DNA from: Oscillospiraceae bacterium
Lineage (GTDB): Bacteria > Bacillota > Clostridia > Oscillospirales > UBA929
Reading direction: 5' to 3'
Assembly: GCA_009782215.1 (NCBI GenBank)
Contig: WRKO01000007.1
Coordinates: forward strand, 9,036 to 73,035
DNA length: 64,000 bases
Position numbers and translations under genes: made by a program. This document shows positions 22,945 to 31,807 of this stretch, piece by piece; the stretch's first letter is position 1, and each line of letters begins with the position of its first letter. Under the pieces are notes generated by a model. The model worked only from the letters and a program-made list of their open reading frames with translations, searched no databases and was not told where the DNA came from.

Positions 22945-23730
22945 TCAAACGGCTGCCCACGGGTATATGGCAACGCCGTTTTCCTGTAAGTATTCTTTCA
23001 GCTCGCGGACGGTGTAGTTGCGCTCCATTCTCGGCGAATAGAGCATACTGCTGATGATGGCGGCCTCCGCCCGGGTGGTTTTGAACAGCTCCTTCAGATG
23101 CTCCGGCTTGCCCGCGCCGCCTGAGGCAATCAGCGGAACCGTCACGGCGGCCTCCGTTTTTTTCATCAGCTCAAGGTCGTAGCCCGCCAGCGTTCCGTCG
23201 CAGTCGATGCTGTTGACGCAGATTTCCCCGGCGCCGAGCGCCTGTCCGCGCCTGAGCCATTCCATCGCGTCCATCCCGGTCGCCAGCTTCGCGGCGTCGA
23301 TATAGACCTCGTAGCCGCAAGGCATTTTCGTCTCCCGCCTGACTTGGGTGGAAAGGACGACGCTCTGCGGGCCGAACGCTTTGGCGGCGTCGGCGATAAG
23401 CTGGGGGTTGCGTACGGCCATTGAGTCGATGCTTACCTTATCCGCACCCGCTTCCAGCGCCAGACGCATATCGTCCAGAGTCTTAATCCCGCCGCCGACG
23501 GTGAACGGCACGGTGACACGGGCCGCCACCTTTCTGACCATCTCAATATCAATGGGACGCTTCTCGGCGCTGGCAAAGACGTCGAAGAAAATCAGCTCGT
23601 CAATCCCCGCCTCCATCATTGAGACGGCAAGCTCCTCGGCGGGAGCGACATCGATGTTGTCTTGGAACTGCTTTGCCTTCGTCACCCTTCCGTTGACGAT
23701 ATCGAAGCACGCGACCAATCTTTTGTTCAT
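22945..23730 (-). CDS. hisF: imidazole glycerol phosphate synthase cyclase subunit HisF-like protein (D130-equivalent appears to be Gln)
   Basis: ACFD...GRVTK, PFTVGGGI, GADKVS, GAGEI...SIDCDGT, IASGGAG. Confidence 0.85.
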   Translation of the reverse strand: MNKRLVACFDIVNGRVTKAKQFQDNIDVAPAEELAVSMMEAGIDELIFFDVFASAEKRPIDIEMVRKVAARVTVPFTVGGGIKTLDDMRLALEAGADKVSIDSMAVRNPQLIADAAKAFGPQSVVLSTQVRRETKMPCGYEVYIDAAKLATGMDAMEWLRRGQALGAGEICVNSIDCDGTLAGYDLELMKKTEAAVTVPLIASGGAGKPEHLKELFKTTRAEAAIISSMLYSPRMERNYTVRELKEYLQENGVAIYPWAAV

Positions 23731-23787
23731 AACCCTACCCCTTTAACTTTCCGCACATCTTCCCCGCCGGAGACGGGGAGGATATCC

Positions 23788-24945
23788 TTATATTTTTTGT
23801 ATAAAATTCCGCAGGCGGGAAAGCGCTTCTTTGATGTTGTCAATCGAATACGCGTAGCAGCACCGCACATGGCCCTCGCCCGAATCGCCGAACGCCGTTC
23901 CGGGCACCACGGCCAGACGCGCCTCGTGCAGCAGGCGGTCGCAGAAGTCTTCGCTGGAAAGCCCGAACTGCTTGATGGACGGGAATAAGTAAAACGCGCC
24001 CTTTGCCTCAAAGCAGTCTATCCCCATCTCCCGCAGCTCTTTGAGCATAAAGCGCCGCCGGCCGTCGTATTCCTTCCGCATCGCCTCCACGCTGGGCGCG
24101 CCGCTGCGCAGGGCTTCGATTCCGGCGTACTGGGCGATGATGGGGGCGCACATAAGGACATACTGATGGATTTTGACCATCGCGGCAATCAAATCCGCCG
24201 GGCCGCAGACAAACCCCAAGCGCCAGCCCGTCATGGCAAACGCTTTGGAAAACCCGTTGATGACAATGGTTTTCTCCGCCATGCCCGGGAAAGACGCGAT
24301 GGAGACGTGCGGCGCGTCCCCGTATGTCAGCTCGGAGTATATTTCGTCGCTGATGACCACCAAATCCCGCTCCCGCAGCACGGCGGCGACGGCTTCCAGC
24401 TCCGACCGCTCAAGAATCGCGCCGGTGGGATTGCACGGATAACTGAGCAGCACGGCCTTTGTCTTGGGCGTGAGGCGCGCTTCTATGTCGGCGGCGGTGA
24501 CGCGGAAGCCGTTCTCCGCGCCCGTCGGAATCGTCACGGGAACGCCGCCCGCCATCACCACGCAGGGCTTATACGCCACAAAGCACGGCTCCACCAGCAA
24601 AACCTCGTCGCCGGGGTTGAGGAGGGCGCGCATCGCCACGTCGATATCCTCGCTGGCGCCGACCGACACCATGACCTGCGTCTCCGCGTCGTAGCTCAGC
24701 CCGTACTTGGACATATACCGCGCAATCTCGCGGCGCAGCTCAACCATGCCGGCATTGGCGCCGTAAGTGGTGCGCCGCCGCTCTAATGTATAGATGGCTT
24801 CCTCACGGATATGCCACGGCGTGGCGAAATCCGGCTCGCCCGTGCCGAGCGACACCACGTCCTTCATCGTCGCCGCCACGTCGAAAAACCTGCGGATGCC
24901 GGACGGGGGCATATCCTGTATGGTTTTGGCTATAAAATTTTTCAT
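23788..24945 (-). CDS. PLP-dependent class I/II aminotransferase (YugH/AlaT-like)
   Basis: PPSGIRRFF, GEPDF, PCNPTG, SDEIY, SKAFAMTGWRLG. Confidence 0.93.
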   Translation of the reverse strand: MKNFIAKTIQDMPPSGIRRFFDVAATMKDVVSLGTGEPDFATPWHIREEAIYTLERRRTTYGANAGMVELRREIARYMSKYGLSYDAETQVMVSVGASEDIDVAMRALLNPGDEVLLVEPCFVAYKPCVVMAGGVPVTIPTGAENGFRVTAADIEARLTPKTKAVLLSYPCNPTGAILERSELEAVAAVLRERDLVVISDEIYSELTYGDAPHVSIASFPGMAEKTIVINGFSKAFAMTGWRLGFVCGPADLIAAMVKIHQYVLMCAPIIAQYAGIEALRSGAPSVEAMRKEYDGRRRFMLKELREMGIDCFEAKGAFYLFPSIKQFGLSSEDFCDRLLHEARLAVVPGTAFGDSGEGHVRCCYAYSIDNIKEALSRLRNFIQKI

Positions 24946-25430
24946 GGCGAGACAATCATCCTTTCGTCGCCGCCGTCCGCGTCGTCAAACATCACGCCGT
25001 GGTCTTTGTACCGTTTCATCACAAAATGGGTGGCGGTAGACAGGATGGAATCAAGCGCCGAAAGCTTGTCGGAGACAAAATAGGATATATCCTTGATTGA
25101 TTTCCCCTCAATCAGCACAGCCAAGTCATACCCGCCCGACATGAGGTAGACCGCCCGCACCTCGTCAAACCGGCCAATCCGCTCCGCGATATGGTTAAAC
25201 CCCTGCCCGCGCGAGGGCGTCACCCTCACCTCAATCAGAGCGGTCAGGTCGTCCGAACCGGCGCGGTCCCGGTTGACAAACGCGCCGTAGCCGCAGATAA
25301 TCTGCTCCCTCTCCAGCGCTTCAATCTCCTCGCGCACGGCGGTTTCCTCCAAGCCCAGCAGCACGGCAATCTCGCCGGGCGTGAGCTTGGCATCGCGCTC
25401 CAAGAGGGAAAGTATGTCCTTTCGCATCAT
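24942..25430 (-). CDS. Lrp/AsnC family transcriptional regulator (YugG-like)
   Basis: N-terminal HTH, YLMSGGYDL, TATHFVMKRYK; start moved to ATG 25430 after AAAGGA. Confidence 0.9.
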   Translation of the reverse strand: MMRKDILSLLERDAKLTPGEIAVLLGLEETAVREEIEALEREQIICGYGAFVNRDRAGSDDLTALIEVRVTPSRGQGFNHIAERIGRFDEVRAVYLMSGGYDLAVLIEGKSIKDISYFVSDKLSALDSILSTATHFVMKRYKDHGVMFDDADGGDERMIVSP

Positions 25431-25494
25431 GGGTTCATCCTTTCTGTTAGGCGGCCCTCCGCGCCTGTCCGGGCAAGGGGGCGGCCGTTGATAC

Positions 25495-25530
25495 AAATAA
25501 AGGCGCACCGTCTGGTGAGCGCCTTTGTTC
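25495..25530 (-). terminator. leader terminator/attenuator with an ANTAR-like CAAAGGCG motif
   Basis: Minus strand GAACAAAGGCGCTCACC-AGAC-GGTGCGCCTTTATTT between the promoter and the Lrp gene. Confidence 0.6.
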
Positions 25531-25540
25531 TGTCAGAAAA

Positions 25541-25569
25541 AGTATACATCGCCGCCGCCATCCTGTCAA
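25541..25569 (-). promoter_or_regulatory. sigma-A-type promoter for the Lrp-aminotransferase operon
   Basis: Minus strand TTGACA, 17 nt, TATACT. Confidence 0.75.
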
Positions 25570-25602
25570 GTGATATTTTCATTTCTCTGTTCCGGCATAC
25601 CG

Positions 25603-27294
25603 TCACACCTCATAGATTTCCACCGGATTGTTTTCATCCGCCGGGGCAAGCAGGCCGCTCATCAGCGCTTGGCGGAACGCGGCAAGGCAATGCTTGGCGC
25701 GGGCGGCGCGGGCGGTGAGGTGTATGTCAAGCGCGCCGCTGTCAAGCCCCATTTTTATGTGAAGGCTGTCGGAGGGGAACCCGCCCTCGACGACGCTCCG
25801 AATGAATTTTTCATAAAAAGCCCCCCAATGCCACGCGGCCGCGGCAAGCATATCTTGGACAATCCCGCCGCCGGACAGCTCGCAGAGGCGCGCGCAGACG
25901 CCCGGAAACGCCTTGGGCGCGGGAGAAACGCCGTAAGGAGCCTGCGGCATCGCGATGATGTCAACGCCGCGCTCAGCCATGCGCGTGAACGCGCCGGGGT
26001 CGTCCGCCCGTGCCATGAAGATATGCGAGGCGGGACGCGCCGCGGACGCGCCGCAGGCCAGCGCTTGAAGATTCTCCCCAAGCCCCCCTAGCTCGTGCGG
26101 CAGATACAGGCAGCCGATTCGCGCGGCCTTTGAAAGGCTTCCCGCCAGCACGCCCATCAGGAAGGCGGCCTCCTCTGTCTTAATGTGGTATGTGCTGACA
26201 AACCCGGCCGGCTCGTCGCGGCAGAGCATCACCAGCTTGTTTTTTTGCTCCAGCGCGGTGCGCAGCGCGGCGTCGGACAAGGCGGGGTGGGTGGCGAAAA
26301 TCACGTCCCCCGGCACGTCGGGGGACAACCCCTCGGCGCTCTGCGTGACGATCTCCGGGAAAGCCCGTCTCAGCGCGAAGCGCCCCGCCTCGTGCGCTTC
26401 CGCCGACGCGGCGGACTGCGGAGGGACGCAATACGCAAACGTCACCGAGGGCGGCGCGCCGCGCGGGATGTAAAACAGAGGCTTGGAAACCGCCCCGTCG
26501 GGGCCGGACACCGTTCTGACCGGCTCCGGGCATGACAGGGATTCCCACTGCGGGCGGCAGAGGGCGGCTTTTTTGCTCAGCGCCGCTTCGTTCTCCCCGG
26601 CAGGCAGGCCATACAGCTTGGCATACTGCCAAAAGGCGTCGCCGGTGGTGATGTCGGGGAGGGCTTGGTTGAATCCGCGCTTGTGATAGACGGCGCGGAA
26701 CGCCGCGAAAGCGTCCTCAAGCAGCGTCTCGTCCCCGCCGCACAGCCCGCGCAGCTCGGTGAAACGCCCGGGAACCGAAAACCACATATGCCGGATGACC
26801 TTCTGCTTGTTGCCGCCGAGCAGTTCGAGGAAAACGGCGGCTTCCGCCGTCTCTCCCCCGGGCGGGGGCATCAGGCGGGTCACGCTTGCCGAGAGCGAAT
26901 AGTTTGAGAGGACGGACGCCGCGCTCACCCGTTTATGCCCCTCCAGAACATAGCAGTATCCCATATACTCAAACGCCCGTATCGGCTCGGTGATGCCCTT
27001 CTCCAGCGCGGAGGCGTAGAGCGCCTTCCACTTACCGGAAAACTCGCTGTCTTCGCCCAGCAGCGGCATAAAACTGCCCGAAAGGGCATGGGAACGGCCC
27101 GCCGCATAGGTGCCGCGGATTTTCTTGATTGGCAGCTCAATCAGCCCAAGCGGGACGTCGCCGCAGGTTTCCTTCGGCTCGAAAACAGGCAAAAGCCCGC
27201 TTCGCCCCGCCGCGTTCTGCTCAGCAACAAAGCGGCGTCCTTCTTTCAGGGCGGCGCGATAGGCCTCTGCGGCTTCGTTCAGCGCGGGATTCAT
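25603..27294 (-). CDS. cytoplasmic protein with a ParB/Srx-like N-terminal domain fused to a BMP-like periplasmic-binding-fold domain
   Basis: EPIRAFEY...YVLEGHKRVS motif; C-terminal AHEAGR, AFLMGVLAG and WHWGAFY resemble BMP-family proteins; no signal peptide or lipobox. Confidence 0.6.
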   Translation of the reverse strand: MNPALNEAAEAYRAALKEGRRFVAEQNAAGRSGLLPVFEPKETCGDVPLGLIELPIKKIRGTYAAGRSHALSGSFMPLLGEDSEFSGKWKALYASALEKGITEPIRAFEYMGYCYVLEGHKRVSAASVLSNYSLSASVTRLMPPPGGETAEAAVFLELLGGNKQKVIRHMWFSVPGRFTELRGLCGGDETLLEDAFAAFRAVYHKRGFNQALPDITTGDAFWQYAKLYGLPAGENEAALSKKAALCRPQWESLSCPEPVRTVSGPDGAVSKPLFYIPRGAPPSVTFAYCVPPQSAASAEAHEAGRFALRRAFPEIVTQSAEGLSPDVPGDVIFATHPALSDAALRTALEQKNKLVMLCRDEPAGFVSTYHIKTEEAAFLMGVLAGSLSKAARIGCLYLPHELGGLGENLQALACGASAARPASHIFMARADDPGAFTRMAERGVDIIAMPQAPYGVSPAPKAFPGVCARLCELSGGGIVQDMLAAAAWHWGAFYEKFIRSVVEGGFPSDSLHIKMGLDSGALDIHLTARAARAKHCLAAFRQALMSGLLAPADENNPVEIYEV

Positions 27295-28208
27295 TCGCCG
27301 TATTTCGCTATCAGCCCGGCCTCGTCAAGCTCTCCGGGTTCAGGGAATAACAGCCATTCCTCCTCGTGCGCCGCGGATTGGTTCGCGTAAAGGGTCACGA
27401 GCGGCCCGATGGATTCCATTTCGATGAACAGATGGTTGGTGTATGTTTCAAAGTCACAGCCGAAGTCGGGATAGTCCGCGCTGGGCAGCGGCGCCCACAT
27501 TTTTTTGAACACGGTGCCTTTGTTGTGATACAGCGCGTACCCGTTGAGGTTGAGCGTGCCTATTTTCAGCGCCCGCTTGGTTTCGTCGGGGCGGATGGAC
27601 ACAAAATCGTCGTGCCAGCGGAGGCGGCGGTCGCCCATATCGGTGTACGGCCAGACGACAAACACCCGGTCGGGCAGCAGCGCGATATCCTGCTTGGACT
27701 GCGGGAAGACCAGCAGCCCGCCCGGCGCGAGCTGGGTTATCGCCCACGGCGCCAGCGTGACAAGCTCGCCGCCCTTGTTGAGGATGCGGTGCCGTACCGA
27801 CACGCGGGGCGCGGCCGAATCTAGGCGCACCTCTATCGAAAACTGCAAGCCCAGCCCCTTTTGCGGCGGCGCGGTCAAAATAAAGCCCTGCGGCGTTACG
27901 GAGACGTCTACGGGCTCGTCGTCGGGGTAATACGAGTTCAGCACATGCTCCGGGCTGCTCCACAGCCTATGCCCGCCGAGGATGTGATACTCGTCTCCCT
28001 TGCCGAACGCTAGGTCCAGACCGTCCACCCGCGTCACCGCCTCGCGCTTCTCGTCCGTCCAAAACAGATTTTCCCCGCCAGCCTCCGACAGATGGATAAT
28101 CCGGGGGCCGCAATCCGTCGTGGCGTAGAGTTCCACCGCGCCGTTGTCGGCGCGGATTGCCGCTCCGAAATTTTTGTAATTGTCAATTCTTGTAACCGTA
28201 ACCGGCAT
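27291..28208 (-). CDS. conserved hypothetical protein, DUF4380 / galactose-mutarotase-like fold
   Basis: GPRII, GGHRLWSSPE, YPDFGCDFETY, EMESIGP; start ATG 28208 after GGAGG. Confidence 0.6.
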   Translation of the reverse strand: MPVTVTRIDNYKNFGAAIRADNGAVELYATTDCGPRIIHLSEAGGENLFWTDEKREAVTRVDGLDLAFGKGDEYHILGGHRLWSSPEHVLNSYYPDDEPVDVSVTPQGFILTAPPQKGLGLQFSIEVRLDSAAPRVSVRHRILNKGGELVTLAPWAITQLAPGGLLVFPQSKQDIALLPDRVFVVWPYTDMGDRRLRWHDDFVSIRPDETKRALKIGTLNLNGYALYHNKGTVFKKMWAPLPSADYPDFGCDFETYTNHLFIEMESIGPLVTLYANQSAAHEEEWLLFPEPGELDEAGLIAKYGE

Positions 28209-28232
28209 AATATCGCCTCCTGTGCAACTCTT

Positions 28233-28261
28233 ATTATACCCAATCCCCCTGCTTTTGGCAA
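28233..28261 (-). promoter_or_regulatory. internal sigma-A-type promoter at the 3' end of the ABC gene
   Basis: Minus strand TTGCCA, 17 nt, TATAAT, upstream of the 28208 start. Confidence 0.6.
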
Positions 28262-30081
28262 CAGCTTTTTTGCGTCCCGCTCCCTTCCCCGCTTTGCGAC
28301 ATATACAGCTTATGGTACAGGCCCCGGGCCTCAATCAGTTCGTCATGGCTGCCCATTTCGGCGATGTTTCCGCCGTCGATATACAGGATTTTCGAGCAGT
28401 TGCGGATGGTGGACAGGCGGTGGGCGACGATGAAGGAGGTGCGGCCCACCAGCAGGCGGGCGATGCCCTCCTGCACCAAGCGCTCGGTATTGGTGTCGAT
28501 GCTGGAGGTGGCTTCGTCTAAGATTAGGATGCGCGGATCGCTTAACAGCGTGCGGGCGAAGGAGATGAGCTGTTTTTGCCCGGCGGACAGCCCCTCGCCC
28601 CGCTCGTTGACCGGGGTGTAATACCCTTTGGGCAGCTTTTGGATGAATTCGTCGGCAAAGACCGTCCGCGCGGCCTCGACGCACTCTTTATCGGTGGCGT
28701 CCAGCCGCCCGTAGCGGATGTTTTCGATGATGTTGCCTGAGAAGATGAAGGTGTCTTGCAGCATGATGCCCATCTGCCGGCGGAGGGAGACGAGGGTTAC
28801 CTCGTCTATGTCGTGTCCGTCTATGTACACCTTGCCGCCGGAGAGGTTGTAGAAGCGCGACAGCAGGTTGATGATGGTCGATTTGCCCGCGCCCGTAGGC
28901 CCTACCAGCGCGATGGACTCGCCCTCCAGCGCCTCGAAGGTCACGCCTTTCAGCACCGGGATGCCCGGCTCATAGGAAAAGACGACGTCCATAAAGGTGA
29001 CATTGCCTTGGATGACGGGCAGCGTGTACGCCCCCTCGCCGTCGGCGACCGAAACCGGCTCGTCCATCACCTGAAAGATGCGCTCAAGGTACGCCACGGT
29101 ATTGATGAGGTTGTTGTAGAGGTTGCCGAGATTTTGCAGCGGCTGCCAGAAGCGCGAGGCATAGCCCGCCATTGCGATGACGACGCCGACGGTCAGATTG
29201 TCCATCGCCCCAATCAGGGCCGCGACGCCCACGACGTAGATGGCCGCTGTGACCATCCGCGCCAGCACCGCCGTCACCGGCCACATGCTGTGGATAATGC
29301 GGACGGCCTTCATCCATACACGGCGGTTTTCGTTTAAGAGTTCCTCCATCACCTCTTGGTTCACAGCCTCGCGGGTAAACGCCTGCGTGACGCGCACGCC
29401 GTTGAAGTTTTCGGCGATGTAGGCGGTCATATTGGATTGCTTGTTGGAAACAAGCTGCCACGCGCGGCGCTGTTTGCGCTTGATGGTGAAGATATACAGC
29501 CCGAACAGGGGCAGGCCGCACAGCATCACCAGCGTTAGCTGCCATGAGACAAAGAGGGCGGCGTAAAGGACGATGAACACCATTGAAAGCGGCTCAATGA
29601 TGAAGTTGACCAGCCCCGACGAGAGGAAATCGGCGACGGTATTGACGTAGTTGACCACACGCACCAGTATCTTCCCCGCCGGGCGGCTGTCATAGTAGTC
29701 GAAGGGCAGTTTTTGCAGGTGGGCAAACAGGTCGGCGCGGATTTCGGAGACAATATACTGCCCCGTCGTGGCGTTGAGGCGGGAACGGGCGCGGTTGCAG
29801 ACGACAATGACGACGCTGACGGCGATGAACGCCGCCCCCGCGACGAGGATGCCGGGGACGTTTTCGCCGGGGATGTAGGTGTCAATGACAAGCATGGTGA
29901 GCAGCGGCGTGAGCAGGCCAAGCAGAATGGCGGCGGCGCTGATGAAAAACGTCTTGACAAAGTTTTTCCTGTAGCGCTTGATGTATTTCATGGCGCGCTT
30001 CAGATGATTCCAATTAAACGGGGCGTCCAGCTCCTCGTCTACGTTGAAAGTGTTGCGTTTTCTGTCAGCCAACGCTTTCAC
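28234..30081 (-). CDS. ABC exporter, fused permease-ATPase (subunit with canonical Walker B)
   Basis: TM domain plus GPTGAGKS, LSAGQKQ, ILDEATS, VAHRL. Confidence 0.93.
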   Translation of the reverse strand: MKALADRKRNTFNVDEELDAPFNWNHLKRAMKYIKRYRKNFVKTFFISAAAILLGLLTPLLTMLVIDTYIPGENVPGILVAGAAFIAVSVVIVVCNRARSRLNATTGQYIVSEIRADLFAHLQKLPFDYYDSRPAGKILVRVVNYVNTVADFLSSGLVNFIIEPLSMVFIVLYAALFVSWQLTLVMLCGLPLFGLYIFTIKRKQRRAWQLVSNKQSNMTAYIAENFNGVRVTQAFTREAVNQEVMEELLNENRRVWMKAVRIIHSMWPVTAVLARMVTAAIYVVGVAALIGAMDNLTVGVVIAMAGYASRFWQPLQNLGNLYNNLINTVAYLERIFQVMDEPVSVADGEGAYTLPVIQGNVTFMDVVFSYEPGIPVLKGVTFEALEGESIALVGPTGAGKSTIINLLSRFYNLSGGKVYIDGHDIDEVTLVSLRRQMGIMLQDTFIFSGNIIENIRYGRLDATDKECVEAARTVFADEFIQKLPKGYYTPVNERGEGLSAGQKQLISFARTLLSDPRILILDEATSSIDTNTERLVQEGIARLLVGRTSFIVAHRLSTIRNCSKILYIDGGNIAEMGSHDELIEARGLYHKLYMSQSGEGSGTQKSCCQKQGDWV

Positions 30082-31807
30082 CCCCGTCCCGTTCCCCCTG
30101 CTGCAAGAGGTGTGTTTGGTAATAATAGCCCTTGTTTGCCATCAGCTCCGCGTGCGTCCCCTCCTCGCTGACGCTTCCGTCCTCGAGGATGTAGATGCGG
30201 TCGGCGTGACGGATGGACGAGACGCGCTGGGCGATGATGACGGTGGTGGCTTGGCGGGGCATGGCGCGAAGCTGTTTTTGGATTTCCTTCTCCGTTTCCA
30301 TATCCACGGCGCTGGTGGTATCGTCGAGGATTAAAATCGGCGGTTCGGGCAGCAGGGCGCGCGCCAGCGAAATGCGCTGCTTCTGCCCGCCGGAAAGCCC
30401 CGTTCCCCTCTCCCCCACGACGGTTTGGTACCCGTCGGAGAGCTTTTCGACAAAGCGGGCGGCGTCGGCGACGGAGGCGGCCCGCCGGATACGCTCCTCC
30501 GGCGCGTCCGGCTCGCCGTAGGCGATGTTGTCCTCCACCGGCGCGGAGAACAGGAAAACATCCTGCATCGTCATCCCTACCGCGCCGCGCAAGTCTTCCA
30601 GCGCGTAATGCTCGACATTGATTCCGTCCACCAGCACCGCACCGCGCGTCACATCGGCAAAGCGGGGGATGAGCGACGCCAGCGCCGTCTTGCCCGATCC
30701 GGTGGGACCCATCAGCCCGACGGTGGCTCCAGCGGGGATGTCGATGTTGATATCCTTCAGGATATCGGTCTTGCCGATGCGCAGGGAGACGCCTTTGAAG
30801 GAGATATCCCCGTTAATCCCCGTGTGCTTGACGGGGTTTTCGGGCGTTTGGACGGCGCTGCGCCAGTAATACAGCTCAATCAGTTTCTCGCCCGAGGCGA
30901 AAAACCGCTGCGCGTCGTTAATCAGCGTGCCCATGTTGACAATCGGCTGGTTGAGCGCCCACGCCAGAGCCAGAAAAATCTGCATTTGGCCCAGCGTGAC
31001 CCGCCCGGATATGACCATGAGGCCGCCCACGACCAGATTGATGACCGACAGGAACTGCGACGCCGACTCAATGAGCGGGGCGTAGCGCAGCCATGTTTTG
31101 TTGACGGTGAGCTGCGCGTCGCGGTAGGCTTCGTTTTCGCGCGTGAATTTCTCCGTCTCAAACGGTTCGCGGCAGAATGCCTTGACGACGCGGATGCCAT
31201 TGATGTTTTCGTTGACGGCGGTGGACAGCGCGGCGCGGCGCTCACGCACGGCCCCGTGCGCGGGGCGCATTCTTTTCCCCAGCCGAAAGCCCAGAAACGC
31301 GGCTATGGGCGTGATGACGAACAGGCACAGGGCATACAGCGGGTCGAGGATTAGGAAGACCGCCATCGTCGCCGCCGCCATTAAGAAGGACTCTATCATC
31401 CCCGGCAGCACCCAGCAGATGAAGTGGCGCATAATATCGATATCGCCGGTGCATTTGGTGATTAAGTCGCCCGCCGCGTTTTGCCGGAAGAAGTCCGACG
31501 ATTGCGAGAGGATGCGCGAGAAGAGGTCGCGCCGCATTCCGCGCACAACCTCTTGAGACAGTATTTCCCAAGAAATTGTGTTGGTATACTTCACCGCCAT
31601 GAAGCACAGCCCCACCAAAAGCGCTCCGCCCAGCAGCGGGAGCAGCGCGTCATGGTCTCCTCCGAGCAGCACGTCGTCAATAATCCGCCGGAAGAAAAAC
31701 GGCTCCGCCATCACCAAGCCCACAAACAAAACGGACATCACAAACCCGGCGTAAAGCCGCCACCCGTGCCGCCCCGCCCACTGCATCGCCCATTTAATTA
31801 CATTCAT
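30065..31807 (-). CDS. ABC exporter, fused permease-ATPase (degenerate-site subunit of a heterodimer)
   Basis: GPTGSGKT, LSGGQKQ, non-canonical ILDDTTS and IAQR. Confidence 0.92.
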   Translation of the reverse strand: MNVIKWAMQWAGRHGWRLYAGFVMSVLFVGLVMAEPFFFRRIIDDVLLGGDHDALLPLLGGALLVGLCFMAVKYTNTISWEILSQEVVRGMRRDLFSRILSQSSDFFRQNAAGDLITKCTGDIDIMRHFICWVLPGMIESFLMAAATMAVFLILDPLYALCLFVITPIAAFLGFRLGKRMRPAHGAVRERRAALSTAVNENINGIRVVKAFCREPFETEKFTRENEAYRDAQLTVNKTWLRYAPLIESASQFLSVINLVVGGLMVISGRVTLGQMQIFLALAWALNQPIVNMGTLINDAQRFFASGEKLIELYYWRSAVQTPENPVKHTGINGDISFKGVSLRIGKTDILKDINIDIPAGATVGLMGPTGSGKTALASLIPRFADVTRGAVLVDGINVEHYALEDLRGAVGMTMQDVFLFSAPVEDNIAYGEPDAPEERIRRAASVADAARFVEKLSDGYQTVVGERGTGLSGGQKQRISLARALLPEPPILILDDTTSAVDMETEKEIQKQLRAMPRQATTVIIAQRVSSIRHADRIYILEDGSVSEEGTHAELMANKGYYYQTHLLQQGERDGGESVG

